Origin: Enterobacteria phage GEC-3S
Reading direction: 5' to 3' (one strand)
DNA length: 64,000 bases
Sequence record: HE978309
The notes under the pieces are model-generated. The model did not search any database, had not been told where the DNA came from, and was given only the letters and a program-made list of their open reading frames with translations. Below are positions 62,522-64,000 of the stretch, piece by piece. The position numbers were made by a program, and so were the translations under genes. Every line of letters begins with the position of its first letter. Positions within the stretch are counted from its first letter, which is position 1.

Positions 62522-63112
62522 TTACTTTCTAAAAGCAGGGTGCATAGCTTTAATACCTTCCACCCGCTGACGATCCGCCGCCTGAATTGCTGGGCGAGGA
62601 ACGATCAGTTGGCCATCACGTTCAATGCTCATTGTTTTAAATGGAAGAATTGCAGTACACACCAGAGATTCATGCATATCATCGGTGTATGTTAACTCAA
62701 GTTCCCCCAATTGTGAACACCAACAACCATAAAAGTTAAAGGTGCAAACAATGTTACGGCGTTCATTGTCCATCATGTGAACTTGAACGGCTTCCGGCAT
62801 TGAATCCTTCCACGCTGTGGAGTTACCGTTATTGTAGTCTACTATAGAAAGCATCCATGTGTAAAGGTTTAGATAACTTTCCAAATGCTCATCGACAATA
62901 AACCGGACTACCAACGGGTCAAACTCCACATGACTAGAAGGATAATCAGCAACCGCCAAACCATATTGGCCAGCAACTTGCTTAGTCGGTGGAATGGTTA
63001 TAGCAGGAAGTGTAACACCTTGAGCATTTAAAGTAAAGCCTTTTGTTAGTTGTCCATCTGGAATATTGATCTGCCAGTTGCTAGGGTTAGCATAGTTAAA
63101 GAGATTAGACAT
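62522..63112 (-). CDS. hypothetical late protein (196 aa; T4 gene 3 position)
   Basis: ATG with SD GAGGAA; late-promoter-like AATAAATA upstream; identity not established. Confidence 0.4.
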   Translation of the reverse strand: MSNLFNYANPSNWQINIPDGQLTKGFTLNAQGVTLPAITIPPTKQVAGQYGLAVADYPSSHVEFDPLVVRFIVDEHLESYLNLYTWMLSIVDYNNGNSTAWKDSMPEAVQVHMMDNERRNIVCTFNFYGCWCSQLGELELTYTDDMHESLVCTAILPFKTMSIERDGQLIVPRPAIQAADRQRVEGIKAMHPAFRK

Positions 63113-63132
63113 TACTGATTCCTCAAATGAAA

Positions 63133-63142
63133 ATATTTATTA
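63133..63142 (-). promoter_or_regulatory. possible late promoter (TAATAAATAT, 7/8 match to TATAAATA)
   Basis: about 25 nt upstream of ATG 63112. Confidence 0.3.
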
Positions 63143-63266
63143 ACAATTGTCGCTTTGCGACGTGCCGTAGGCACTGACTACTTTTTAACCGAAACAAATT
63201 TTTATTATTCTAAAGATCTTTCTTCGTTTTGGTTATGTTTTAACCAATAACTATATTTTTATACAG

Positions 63267-63275
63267 TAATAAATA
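63267..63275 (+). promoter_or_regulatory. possible late promoter (TAATAAATA) for plus-strand gene
   Basis: about 26 nt upstream of ATG 63302; SD GAGGA. Confidence 0.3.
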
Positions 63276-63301
63276 AAACGGGTACTATACGAGGACTTCT
63301 T

Positions 63302-63556
63302 ATGACAGAAGACATTTTGTTAAAACTCTATGATCGTTTGGATAACGAATTAGCAACATTGCGGGGTGAAGTTCTCTATTTGTCTAAATGCAATACAGAT
63401 CTGCTTAAGCAGATTGCAGAAAGGGATGATCAAATAAAATCCCTTTCAGGTGCATTACGTGATCGCGACAAGGCATTAGAGATTTTACAGCGTGTTACCA
63501 ATAAGGAAGAATTAAAAGACTTCTTACATGGTTATGCTCATGCCATCGATCTATAA
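63302..63556 (+). CDS. hypothetical coiled-coil protein (84 aa), the only plus-strand gene
   Basis: ATG with SD GAGGA; ends at a bidirectional terminator. Confidence 0.45.
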   Translation: MTEDILLKLYDRLDNELATLRGEVLYLSKCNTDLLKQIAERDDQIKSLSGALRDRDKALEILQRVTNKEELKDFLHGYAHAIDL

Positions 63557-63561
63557 TAAAA

Positions 63562-63578
63562 AAGCCCGTCATTGACGG
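63562..63578. terminator. bidirectional intrinsic terminator between convergent genes
   Basis: GCCCGTC-ATT-GACGGGC flanked by A6 and T-rich tract. Confidence 0.55.
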
Positions 63579-63586
63579 GCTTAATC

Positions 63587-63991
63587 TTATGCATCCTTCC
63601 AAACTTTCCTTGCGTCGTATTTCTTGCCTTTTGACATAAACTGATATGTAGGCATATAGATAATATTGCTCCAGTCTTTCGGGCTAATCTCAACAAGTTT
63701 TGTTTTAATGTGTCCCGGTAGATATGCTTTGATCATGTGGTCACTACCACGCATACCTTTTACATCGCTCCATTTGATTTTTAAGCGTGTTTTATTGCTC
63801 AAGGTAGGAGTAGATGCATATTGCTTTAAAAGTGCCTCTAAAAACTGCTGACGGGCTTTAGGAGTTACATAGTGTAAGTTAAGACCCAACATTACAGTAT
63901 TACCCGCCTTTGTCTTAGAATCACCCAGACAAATGATCAGCGGGAAAACATCCCAATATGGCAAAGTGTCTTTATACTTCGCATCATACAT
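63587..63991 (-). CDS. hypothetical protein, N-terminus probably beyond window edge
   Basis: reading frame stays open to position 64000. Confidence 0.4.
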   Translation of the reverse strand: MYDAKYKDTLPYWDVFPLIICLGDSKTKAGNTVMLGLNLHYVTPKARQQFLEALLKQYASTPTLSNKTRLKIKWSDVKGMRGSDHMIKAYLPGHIKTKLVEISPKDWSNIIYMPTYQFMSKGKKYDARKVWKDA

Positions 63992-64000
63992 AAAGGTATA

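Noticed and set aside
1-64000. CRISPR array or other long tandem repeat
   Set aside because: No regularly spaced direct repeats seen; repetition is limited to the promoter-hairpin cassettes and duplicated genes.

Overview
This window reads as a contiguous block from the early/middle (replication, recombination, nucleotide metabolism) arm of a T4-like myovirus genome. Almost every gene is on the minus strand, densely packed with frequent ATGA/TAATG start-stop overlaps. Core genes recognised from motifs plus T4-type synteny (all identities recalled from memory, no searches run): rIIA, gp39 (unsplit topoisomerase subunit), dexA, dda, gp56, gp61, gp41, uvsX, gp43, regA, gp62/44/45, gp46/47, gp55, nrdG, nrdD (no intron), gp49, nrdC-like, dam, tk, regB, a GrcA-like glycyl-radical cofactor, a T5-type M15 endolysin, and 57B/57A/gene 1. 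Between them are more than 70 small ORFs, several tandem paralog families, three clusters of tiny membrane proteins, and at least 24 copies of a promoter-hairpin cassette with a conserved leader (PeSL-like). Genes found at these positions in T4 (42, beta-gt, alpha-gt, imm, denV, e lysozyme, tRNAs, introns) are not seen here. Best candidates for undescribed biology: (1) the translationally coupled operon NrdH-like / zinc-finger membrane peptide / 95-aa / 489-aa P-loop NTPase at 27.7-29.9 kb; (2) a nucleotidyltransferase-like gene beside GrcA at 53.2-55.0 kb; (3) a promoter-to-terminator non-coding RNA candidate at 59.09-59.26 kb; (4) a late-promoter-in-hairpin switch at 49.06-49.10 kb. ORF-track starts were often non-ATG N-terminal extensions; starts below are moved to the ATG (or GTG) with a Shine-Dalgarno where I could support it, and small ORFs absent from the track are hand-read and approximate.
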